Origin: Gaiellaceae bacterium
GTDB lineage: Bacteria; Actinomycetota; Thermoleophilia; Gaiellales; Gaiellaceae
Reading direction: 5' to 3'
DNA: 44,558 nt
Assembly (NCBI GenBank): GCA_036490895.1
Contig: DASXDB010000132.1
Coordinates: 1-44,558 of the forward strand
A program made the position numbers and the translations under genes. Numbering within the stretch: position 1 is the stretch's first letter; every line of letters starts with the position of its first letter. The notes beneath the pieces are model-generated. The model saw nothing but the letters and a program-made list of their open reading frames with translations, did no database searches and was not told the origin of the DNA. Below, piece after piece: positions 26,522 to 33,372 of this stretch.

Positions 26522-27396
26522 CGGATCAGCGTCGCTGCGTTGCCGGACGAGAGGAAGCGAATCCCTTCGCGATACACCTCACGCCGCTGGACGAGCGCAC
26601 GCAGGCGCAGCGACCAGAGAAGCAGGACGCGTGCACGCTCAGCCGTCTTCGGCCCGTCGTGCTTGGCGAAGAAGCGGAGATGCCCGCGGAGGTTCTCGAC
26701 GTACATCTGCCCGCCGTGGGACGCCCCGCCGACGTGCACGACCTCCGCGCCGGGGAAGAACAGCACCTTCCACCCCGCGCGCCGGAACCGCGTCATCCAG
26801 TCGGTCTCCTCGCTGAACATGAAGAACGCCTCGTCGAACATCCCCACCGCGTCGACCGCGTCGCGGCGGACGAGCAGCGCCGGGCCGTACAGCCAGTCTG
26901 CCTCCCGCTCCTCGTCGTGGTCGAAGCCGCCGACGTACAGCGGGTTCAGGAGCCGCGTGCGAGGGGCGAGCTTCCGGATGAACAGGTACTCGGTTGCGAG
27001 ACGCCAGAGCGTCGGCTCCCCGCGGACCGACCGCTGCAGCGTTCCGTCGGTGTTGCGGAGTCGTGGCCCGACGACGGCCGCCTCCGGGTGCGCGTCTGCA
27101 TGGGCGACGAGTCGCTCGAGACCGTCGCCGACCACCCAGGCGTCGGAGTTGAGCAAGAAGAAGTATCGCCCGGTGGCGACGCGCATGCCCGCGTTGTTGC
27201 CGCCGCCCATACCCGTGTTCTCCTGCTCGATGATGCGCGCGTCGGGCCGCTTCGCCCGCACGACGGCAAGCGTGTCGTCGGTCGAGCCGTTGTCGACGAC
27301 CACCAGGTCGCGGCCCGCCACCGAGTCGAGGCACTGCTCGAGCCACGGCAGCGCGTTGTAGGTGACGACGACGACGGTGACGTCAGGCGGTTCCAT
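26518..27396 (-). CDS. Glycosyltransferase family 2 (GT-A), WbbL/rhamnosyltransferase-like, 292 aa
   Basis: Start is ATG 27396. Contains VTVVVVTYNALPWLEQCLDSV, VVVDNGSTDDT, FLLNSDAWV (the DxD-equivalent) and MFSEETDW. Confidence 0.8.
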   Translation of the reverse strand: MEPPDVTVVVVTYNALPWLEQCLDSVAGRDLVVVDNGSTDDTLAVVRAKRPDARIIEQENTGMGGGNNAGMRVATGRYFFLLNSDAWVVGDGLERLVAHADAHPEAAVVGPRLRNTDGTLQRSVRGEPTLWRLATEYLFIRKLAPRTRLLNPLYVGGFDHDEEREADWLYGPALLVRRDAVDAVGMFDEAFFMFSEETDWMTRFRRAGWKVLFFPGAEVVHVGGASHGGQMYVENLRGHLRFFAKHDGPKTAERARVLLLWSLRLRALVQRREVYREGIRFLSSGNAATLIR

Positions 27397-28354
27397 CAGG
27401 CACCGGCGTCCGGCCGAACACGTTCTCCCACACGACGATGACGACCCCGGGCAGCGCCAGCAGAATGGTCATCACGAAGAACAGGAAGCCGCAGGCGAAC
27501 GCGTGGTCGTGGTCGATGCCGAGCTTACCGAGGAAGCTGACGAAGAACGCCTCACGCACGCCGATGCCGTTGACGGTGAACGGCACGAGCATCACGAGGA
27601 AGAGAAGCGGCCCGAGCACGACGTACGGCAGCAGCGATAGGTCGATGCCGACCGCGCGGCCCGACGCATAGATCGCGACGACGCGCGTCAGCTGCGCGGC
27701 TGCCGTGACGACCGCGACGACGAGCAGCGTGCCCGGATGGTCGCGATAGCCGTGCAGCCCGTCGTACACCGCCCGCGCCGGCCTCTCGACGCGCAGACGG
27801 CGCGCGACCCCACCGAGGAACACGAGACGGCGCCGGACGGTGCGGGAGAAGAACACGAACGCGGTCGCGATCGTCCCGAGCACGAAGACGAGCTCGACCC
27901 AGAGGTAGGCGCCGATCGGATAGCGGCCGATCGCGAGCAGAAGCCCGATGCCCGCGAGCAGGAGGGTGACGGCCCCGCCGAGCGCGCGCTCGAGCAGGAC
28001 GGAGCCCGTGATCGGCGTGATCTGCCCGGGATGGCGCCGCGAGGTCTCGAAGATCCGCGACGCATCTCCTCCCACCGACGTCGGGAGCACCTGCCCGACG
28101 GCATAGGAGACGAAGTAGGCGCGCGTAAGCCACGGGACCGACTCGCGGACACCGCGCACCGAGAGCAGCCGCTGCCAGCGCCAGCCCATCGGCGGAACCG
28201 TCACGAGCGTGAGGGCTCCCGAGACGAGCAGCCAGGGCACGCTGGCCGACGTGATGATGTCCTTCGTCTTCGCGACGTCGACCTTGCTGAGGATGTAGGC
28301 GACCGCAACCGACGTGACGAGCAACGTCGCGGCGATCTTGGTCGAGCGCTTCAT
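27383..28354 (-). CDS. Flippase-like membrane protein, LPG_synthase_TM / UPF0104 family, 323 aa
   Basis: Start is ATG 28354, overlapping the upstream stop (ATGA). Contains WRWQRLLSVRGV...YFVSYAVGQVLPTSVGGDASRIFE, the characteristic lP..GGd..R block. About 8 TM segments. Confidence 0.7.
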   Translation of the reverse strand: MKRSTKIAATLLVTSVAVAYILSKVDVAKTKDIITSASVPWLLVSGALTLVTVPPMGWRWQRLLSVRGVRESVPWLTRAYFVSYAVGQVLPTSVGGDASRIFETSRRHPGQITPITGSVLLERALGGAVTLLLAGIGLLLAIGRYPIGAYLWVELVFVLGTIATAFVFFSRTVRRRLVFLGGVARRLRVERPARAVYDGLHGYRDHPGTLLVVAVVTAAAQLTRVVAIYASGRAVGIDLSLLPYVVLGPLLFLVMLVPFTVNGIGVREAFFVSFLGKLGIDHDHAFACGFLFFVMTILLALPGVVIVVWENVFGRTPVPDGTA

Positions 28355-29475
28355 CCCGCGAGCCGCGCGTGGACGCGGTGCAGCGCGGCGACCGCATCGC
28401 GAACGTCGTCGTCGCTGTGCGCCGGTGACAGTGGCAGCGACAGCACCTCGTCACCCGCACGCTCGGTCACCGGCAGCGGCGGCTGGTGCGGCGCCATCCG
28501 GTCGCGGTACGCGCTCAGCCGATGCACGGGCAAGAAGTGAATGGACGTGCCGATGTTCTCCTCCCCGAGCGCCTGCTGCACCACGTCGCGGTCGGCGAAC
28601 GTGACGCGCACGACGAACAAGTGGTTTGCGTGCCGGTCGCGCGGGTCCCGGCCGACGGCCTCGACGCCGTCAAGGCCCGCGATCCCTTCCTCGTAGATCG
28701 CGACGTGCCGCTTCCTGATCTCCGCGTGCTCCTCGATCTTGTCGAGCTGCACGAGCGCGATCGACGAGAGGACGTCGCTGAGGTTCGCCTTGTAGCCGGG
28801 AACGGCGATGTCGTACGTCGATCCGTGCCCGCGCCGCATGACGCGAAGGTCGTCGATCGCCTCGGCGAGGTCGTCGCGGTTCGTCGAGATGAGCCCGCCC
28901 TCCCCGGCCGCGATGTTCTTGGTCGCGTAGAGCGAGAAGCACGTGAGGTCGCAGATCGCGCCGACCTTGCGGCCACGGTGGCGCGACTCCACCGCGTGGG
29001 CCGCATCCTCGACGACCGGCAGGCCGAGCGCCATCAGGTCGTCGAGATCCGCGGGCTGGCCGTAGAGGTCGACGGGCATGATCGCCTTCGTCCGCTCGTT
29101 GATCAGCGACCGCACCGCGTCGGCGTCGATGTTAAGCGTGTCGTCGCGGATGTCCGCGAACACCGGCGTCGCGCCGGTGTGGACGATCACGTTCGCCGTT
29201 GCGGGCCAGGTCAGCGACGTCGTGATCACCTCGTCGCCGGGCCCAACGCCGAGCGCGACGAGCGACAGGTGGAGCGCCGCCGTGCCCGAGGAGACCGCGA
29301 GCACGTGCCTCGCCTCGAGGTAGTCGCGCATGCGCGCCTCGAGCTCGGCGGTGCGCGGCCCGGTCGTCAGCCAGCCGGAGCGGAGCGTTGCCGCGACCGC
29401 CTCGATCTCGGCGTCGGAGATCGCGGGCGGCTGGAAGGAGAGAAATTCAGATCGCTTCGCGGAGACTTCCGGCAT
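28351..29475 (-). CDS. DegT-family PLP sugar aminotransferase, ArnB-like, 374 aa
   Basis: The blocks follow the E. coli ArnB layout block for block: EFLSFQPPAISDAEIEAVAATLRSGWLTTGP, DEVITTSLTWPATANV, VEDAAHAV, ATKNIAAGEGGLI (PLP Lys), PGYKANLSDVLSSIALVQLDKIE and HLFVVRV. Confidence 0.8.
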   Translation of the reverse strand: MPEVSAKRSEFLSFQPPAISDAEIEAVAATLRSGWLTTGPRTAELEARMRDYLEARHVLAVSSGTAALHLSLVALGVGPGDEVITTSLTWPATANVIVHTGATPVFADIRDDTLNIDADAVRSLINERTKAIMPVDLYGQPADLDDLMALGLPVVEDAAHAVESRHRGRKVGAICDLTCFSLYATKNIAAGEGGLISTNRDDLAEAIDDLRVMRRGHGSTYDIAVPGYKANLSDVLSSIALVQLDKIEEHAEIRKRHVAIYEEGIAGLDGVEAVGRDPRDRHANHLFVVRVTFADRDVVQQALGEENIGTSIHFLPVHRLSAYRDRMAPHQPPLPVTERAGDEVLSLPLSPAHSDDDVRDAVAALHRVHARLAG

Positions 29476-30661
29476 CTGCGGTCACGAAGCGTATGCGGTC
29501 CGCGGCGGCGTTCGCCCGCGCGAGCGCTTCGTCGCGATCCCGGCCGGTGGCGAGGATCGCGCCGGCGCGGTCGGCTCCGCGGCGGAGCGGCGTGAACACG
29601 AACCCGGGCTCGCGGTAGATCCGGATGCGCCGGACGCCCACGAGATCGTCCGGGACGTCGACCCGCTCCAGCACACCCGGCGGGGCAACGAGGAACCTGG
29701 TCACGGCGCCCCCGACCTCGACGCTGTGTCGAGTCAACAAAGGCTCGGATCCGACCGCCGAGGCGATCGCGAGGCCGTTCAGGTCGACACCTGTCACGGC
29801 CTCGACCAGCTCGGCGTCGTGCCCCCCGCCGAGCCGGGCGGCGACCTCGATCACCTGCGGCCCTTCCGGGCCGATGCGGAGTTGCGTGTAGGAAGGGCCA
29901 TCGCGGATCCCGAGCGCCGTGAGGGCGCGCGCAACGGTGTCGGACACCTCCATGGTGTCCGACACCTCCGAGGGCCAGACGTGCGCGAGCGCCACGCCGA
30001 ACGCAGGCGGTTCGGCGACCACGCGATCCGTGATCGTCAAGCACTGAAGTGCGCCGCCCACCGAGAAGCCGACCACGGTCACCTCGGGCCCGTCGACGAG
30101 CTCCTCGACGAGCGCCAGGCCGTTCCGTGCGGCACTGCGCGCCTGCTCGATCGCGGCGGGCAGCTCGGCGGAGTCCTCGACGAGCGTCAGCCCCTTCTGC
30201 CCCTGCCGGTCCGGCGCCTTGACGACGACCGGCCCCGACACCTCCGGCGGCGCGTCCTCGCCGCCGATCACCCACCAGCGCGGCTGCGGCACGCCCGCCT
30301 CCCCGAGCCGCTCGCGCTGACGCAGCTTGTTGGTGGCGAGCACCGCCGTCGGCGGCCCGATCGGATGCGGCAGCCCGGTGCGCTCGGCGACGCGCGCGGC
30401 CACACCGACCGGCCAGTCGGTGCCCGGCGAGACGATGCCGTCGATCTCGAGCGCAGTGATCAGGCGCTCGATCGCCGGCTCGTCCTCGGTCGAGAGGATG
30501 CAGCGGCGGTCGGCGAACCGGAACCCCGGTGCGGCCGGGTCGCGGTCGACCACCGCCACCCAGAGGCCGCGTTCATGCGCCGCCTCCAGCAGCCCGAGCT
30601 GTGCGGGACCTGCGCCTAGGACGAGAAGGCGCGGGCTTCCCGAGCGAGTATCGCCCTCCAC
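29447..30661 (-). CDS. ATP-grasp ligase (L-amino-acid-ligase-like), 404 aa
   Basis: GTG 30661 is the only canonical start and overlaps the rmlB-like 3' end by 46 nt. It has a pre-ATP-grasp N-domain (RLLVLGAGPAQLGLLEAAHERGLWVAVVDRDP), then PVVVKAPDRQGQKGLTLV, ELVDGPEVTVVGF and QVIEVAARLGGGHDAELV. Confidence 0.75.
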   Translation of the reverse strand: MEGDTRSGSPRLLVLGAGPAQLGLLEAAHERGLWVAVVDRDPAAPGFRFADRRCILSTEDEPAIERLITALEIDGIVSPGTDWPVGVAARVAERTGLPHPIGPPTAVLATNKLRQRERLGEAGVPQPRWWVIGGEDAPPEVSGPVVVKAPDRQGQKGLTLVEDSAELPAAIEQARSAARNGLALVEELVDGPEVTVVGFSVGGALQCLTITDRVVAEPPAFGVALAHVWPSEVSDTMEVSDTVARALTALGIRDGPSYTQLRIGPEGPQVIEVAARLGGGHDAELVEAVTGVDLNGLAIASAVGSEPLLTRHSVEVGGAVTRFLVAPPGVLERVDVPDDLVGVRRIRIYREPGFVFTPLRRGADRAGAILATGRDRDEALARANAAADRIRFVTADAGSLREAI

Positions 30662-31623
30662 CAGGCCTCATTGTCGCGATACCACGCGACGGTGCGCTCC
30701 AGGCCGACCTCGAAGCTGGTCGCGGCGCGCCAGCCGAGCAGCTGCGCCGCCTTCTCGGTCGTGCCGATGTGCCGGTCGACCTGGCCGAGCCGCTCCGGCA
30801 CGTTCTGCACGTGGTCGGACGGCCGGTCGAGCGACTCCAGGACCATCGCCGCGATGTCGCGCACCGAGATGTCGATGCCCGTCGCGACGTTGATCACCTC
30901 GCCCGCGATGTCCTCGATCGGCGCCGCGATCACCGCCTCGATCGCCTCGGCGTCGTCGAGCACGTACAGCCAGTCTCGCGACGCATGACCGTCGCCGTGG
31001 ATCGTCAGCGGCTCGTGGGCAAGCGCCTGCGTGATGAAGCGCGGCACGACCTTCTCCGGATGCTGGCGCGGGCCGTAGTTGTTGAACGGCCGCACGATCA
31101 CGACGGGCAGCTCGTAGGTCGTCCAGTACGAGTATGCGAGCCGGTCGGCGCCTGCCTTCGTCGCCGCGTAAGGCGAGCGCGGGTTGAGCGGATGCTCCTC
31201 GTCCATCGGCACGCGCTCCGCGGTGCCGTACACCTCCGACGACGAGATCAGGATGAAGCGCTCGACGGGTGTGTCGCGAATCGCGTCGAGCAGGATCTGC
31301 GTGCCTTCGACGTTCGTCGTCACGAACTCCGACGCGCCGTGCTCGATCGACTTCTCGACGTGGGACTCCGCAGCCGCGTTGACGATCACGTCGACGCCGC
31401 CGACGATCTCGCGCACGAGCCCGGCGTCGCGGATGTCGCCGTGCACGAACGAGAGCCGGGGATGGCTCATCACGTCGGCGAGGTTCTCGAGGTTCCCCGC
31501 GTACGTGAGCGCGTCGAGCGTGACGACCTGGTGATCGGTGGCCTCGAGGAGGTGGCGCACGAAGTGCGACGAGATGAACCCCGCGCCACCTGTAACCAGA
31601 ACGCGCTTCAAGCCTACGGTCAC
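30616..31623 (-). CDS. rmlB: NDP-hexose (dTDP-glucose-type) 4,6-dehydratase, 335 aa
   Basis: GTG 31623 overlaps the upstream stop (GTGA) and is preceded by GAGGAGGAG. Contains VLVTGGAGFISSHFV, LTYAGNLENL (RmlB hallmark), SSSEVYG and YAATKAGAD (YxxxK). Confidence 0.8.
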   Translation of the reverse strand: MTVGLKRVLVTGGAGFISSHFVRHLLEATDHQVVTLDALTYAGNLENLADVMSHPRLSFVHGDIRDAGLVREIVGGVDVIVNAAAESHVEKSIEHGASEFVTTNVEGTQILLDAIRDTPVERFILISSSEVYGTAERVPMDEEHPLNPRSPYAATKAGADRLAYSYWTTYELPVVIVRPFNNYGPRQHPEKVVPRFITQALAHEPLTIHGDGHASRDWLYVLDDAEAIEAVIAAPIEDIAGEVINVATGIDISVRDIAAMVLESLDRPSDHVQNVPERLGQVDRHIGTTEKAAQLLGWRAATSFEVGLERTVAWYRDNEAWWRAILAREARAFSS

Positions 31624-32522
31624 AGCTCCTCCTCGATCGTGTACAGCGGCCTTCCTTCGACGTCCCGCTGGACCCTGCCCAACGACTCTCCGATCAGCGC
31701 CAGGACGAAGCCCTGGATGCCGAGGACGAGCACTATGCCTGCTCCGGCGAGGAGCGGGCCCGGGAAGTTGCTGTGCACGATCCAGTAGCCGACGCCGTAG
31801 GCCCCGAGCGCGGCGGACGCCAGGGTGCACACGACACCGAGCGTGACGCCGATCCACTGCACCGGCTGCGGCCAGAAGCCGGCGACGACGTGCAGCGCGA
31901 GCCGCACGAGCCGGAACGGCGAATAGCGCGAGCCGTGCGCCGCCGAGGCGTGCGAAACGTCGACCTCCTCGACGGAGACGCCGCTCGAGAGCACGAGCGC
32001 CTTCGTGAACTTCTGCCTGCCGATCGCGCCGAGCATCGGCTCGATCGCCGACCGGCGGTAGCCGTTGAAGGCGCAGCCGAAGTCCGAGATGTCGACGCGC
32101 GTGAACGCGCGCAGGAGACCGTTGATGACGCGGCTCGGCAGCGTGCGGCCCGGCGAGTCGCGGCGCGCGATGCGCCGGCCCGAGGCCACGTCGACCCGAT
32201 CGAGCGGCTCGAGCAGCCTCGGGATGTCCTCGGGCTCGTTCTGAAGATCGCCGTCCATCGTCACGATGCGGTCGCCGCGCGCACGGGCAAGGCCCGCGTG
32301 CATCGCCGGGTGCTGGCCGAAGTTCCGCTTGAACCGCACGACCCGCACGCGCGGGTCGCGTTCGTGCGCCGTGCGCAGGGCGGCGAACGTGCCGTCGGTC
32401 GAGCCGTCGTCGACGAAGATCGCCTCCCACTCGCGCCCGTCGAGCGCCGCCGCGATGCGGCGGTGCAGCTCCTCGACCGAGCGCTCCTCGTTCAGCATGG
32501 TGACGACGATCGATACGTCCAT
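31620..32522 (-). CDS. Polyprenyl-phosphate glycosyltransferase, GT2, ArnC-like, 300 aa
   Basis: Start is ATG 32522 (MDVSIVVTMLNEE). Contains FVDDGSTDGT, RNFGQHPAMHAGL, MDGDLQNEPEDIPRL and FGCAFNGYRR, plus two C-terminal TM helices. These blocks mirror E. coli ArnC (NRNYGQHSAIMAG, DADLQNPPEEIPRL, YGCMLRAYRR). Confidence 0.8.
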   Translation of the reverse strand: MDVSIVVTMLNEERSVEELHRRIAAALDGREWEAIFVDDGSTDGTFAALRTAHERDPRVRVVRFKRNFGQHPAMHAGLARARGDRIVTMDGDLQNEPEDIPRLLEPLDRVDVASGRRIARRDSPGRTLPSRVINGLLRAFTRVDISDFGCAFNGYRRSAIEPMLGAIGRQKFTKALVLSSGVSVEEVDVSHASAAHGSRYSPFRLVRLALHVVAGFWPQPVQWIGVTLGVVCTLASAALGAYGVGYWIVHSNFPGPLLAGAGIVLVLGIQGFVLALIGESLGRVQRDVEGRPLYTIEEEL

Positions 32523-32529
32523 CGAACGA

Positions 32530-32555
32530 GACCCTAACCAGCACCTCGTAGGGTC
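32530..32555. promoter_or_regulatory. Perfect 7-bp inverted repeat GACCCTA-N12-TAGGGTC in the divergent intergenic region; each arm supplies a TAGGGT (TAnnnT) -10-like hexamer
   Basis: On the plus strand, TAGGGT at 32549-32554 lies 7 nt before GTG 32562. On the minus strand, TAGGGT (complement of 32531-32536) lies 8 nt before ATG 32522. The geometry fits two leaderless divergent transcripts and/or a dimeric regulator site. Confidence 0.35.
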
Positions 32556-32561
32556 CGGCAC

Positions 32562-33143
32562 GTGTGGCAGGCAGGCGAGACGATCGTGCGTCGCGAGGTG
32601 CGGAACGACGGGTGGGTGTGGCTCGAGGTCCCGGTGATCGTCGTGCGCGACGAGCCGGACCTGCTGGCGACGTACATCCCCACGGGCGCACCATTCACGT
32701 TCCCACCCGGGCCCGAGTCTCACCCGTGGGCGGACCGGCAGTGCTGGCAAGGGCACGGCGTGCTCATGCTGCAGCGCCCCGGCGACGCATACGCGGCCTG
32801 GGTCTTCTGGCACGGCGAGGAGCGTGAGTTCCGGAGCTGGTACCTGAACCTGCAGGAGCCGTTCCGGCGCACGGACATCGGGTACGACACGCAGGATCTC
32901 GAGCTCGATCTGATCCTCCACCCGGACGGCCGCATCGAATGGAAGGACGACGAGCTGCTCGACCTGCGCGTCGAGGAGGGCCGTTTCACCCAAGATCAGG
33001 CCGGTGGCATCCGCGCGGAAGGACGACGGCTCGAGGCCGAGCTCGCAACGAAGGGCCACTGGTGGGATGCGTGGTGGGCCCTCTGGGAGCCCGATCCCGC
33101 CTGGGATGGAGCGGCTGCGGTCCGGGCGGCTCGAGACGCCTGA
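32562..33143 (+). CDS. DUF402-domain protein (FomD/Ntdp-type nucleotide phosphohydrolase family), 193 aa
   Basis: Contains FRSWYLNLQEPFRRTDIGYDTQDLELDLILHPDGRIEWKDDELLD, the conserved DUF402 core. Confidence 0.65.
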   Translation: MWQAGETIVRREVRNDGWVWLEVPVIVVRDEPDLLATYIPTGAPFTFPPGPESHPWADRQCWQGHGVLMLQRPGDAYAAWVFWHGEEREFRSWYLNLQEPFRRTDIGYDTQDLELDLILHPDGRIEWKDDELLDLRVEEGRFTQDQAGGIRAEGRRLEAELATKGHWWDAWWALWEPDPAWDGAAAVRAARDA

Positions 33144-33157
33144 ACCGAGGGGCCGAG

Positions 33158-33188
33158 CGTCTGACAGACACCAGTCGTACGTCAGACG
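33158..33188 (+). terminator. Stem-loop CGTCTGAC-N15-GTCAGACG just after the DUF402 stop (no U-tract)
   Basis: Perfect 8-bp stem with arms at 33158-33165 and 33181-33188, beginning 14 nt after TGA 33141-33143. It could be a factor-independent terminator of the high-GC type or a protein-binding dyad. Confidence 0.3.
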
Positions 33189-33315
33189 AAGCTCAATGAT
33201 GGACCGTCACGGGATTGCGACGGAAACGTGAAAACGCCTGCTGCTGCCAGGGTGCGCATTCGGCCTCGGCTGTCTCGGCCGCGCGTCCCGCCCAGCCCTG
33301 GCCGGCGGGAGCCGC

Positions 33316-33372
33316 CGCGTCAGACGAACGTCGCTCGTCTGTCCGAGAGGAGTCGGATGGATGTCTGACGCG
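33316..33372 (+). promoter_or_regulatory. Two mutually exclusive hairpins in the MFS leader/initiation region
   Basis: Hairpin A is CAGACGA (33321-33327) with TCGTCTG (33335-33341). Hairpin B is CGCGTCAGAC (33316-33325) with GTCTGACGCG (33363-33372), which covers the G of ATG 33361-33363 and codons 2-4. Both use 33321-33325. Confidence 0.3.

Noticed and set aside
22723-27361. Very long antisense ORFs (for example 22723..24714 + 663 aa and 25055..27361 + 768 aa; elsewhere 33193..35169 - 658 aa, 33435..35555 + 706 aa, 42388..44268 + 626 aa, 19009..20619 + 536 aa)
   Set aside because: These are typical high-GC shadow ORFs. Their composition is dominated by R/A/P/G/D/E runs, they show no family motifs, and each lies opposite a gene with clear homology-type motifs.
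30616-31623. Interpreting the RmlB-like dehydratase together with the WbbL-like GT2 (26518..27396) as a dTDP-L-rhamnose pathway
   Set aside because: No rmlA, rmlC or rmlD homologues are in the window. The dehydratase is flanked by an aminotransferase and an ATP-grasp ligase instead, which favours an amino-deoxyhexose route.
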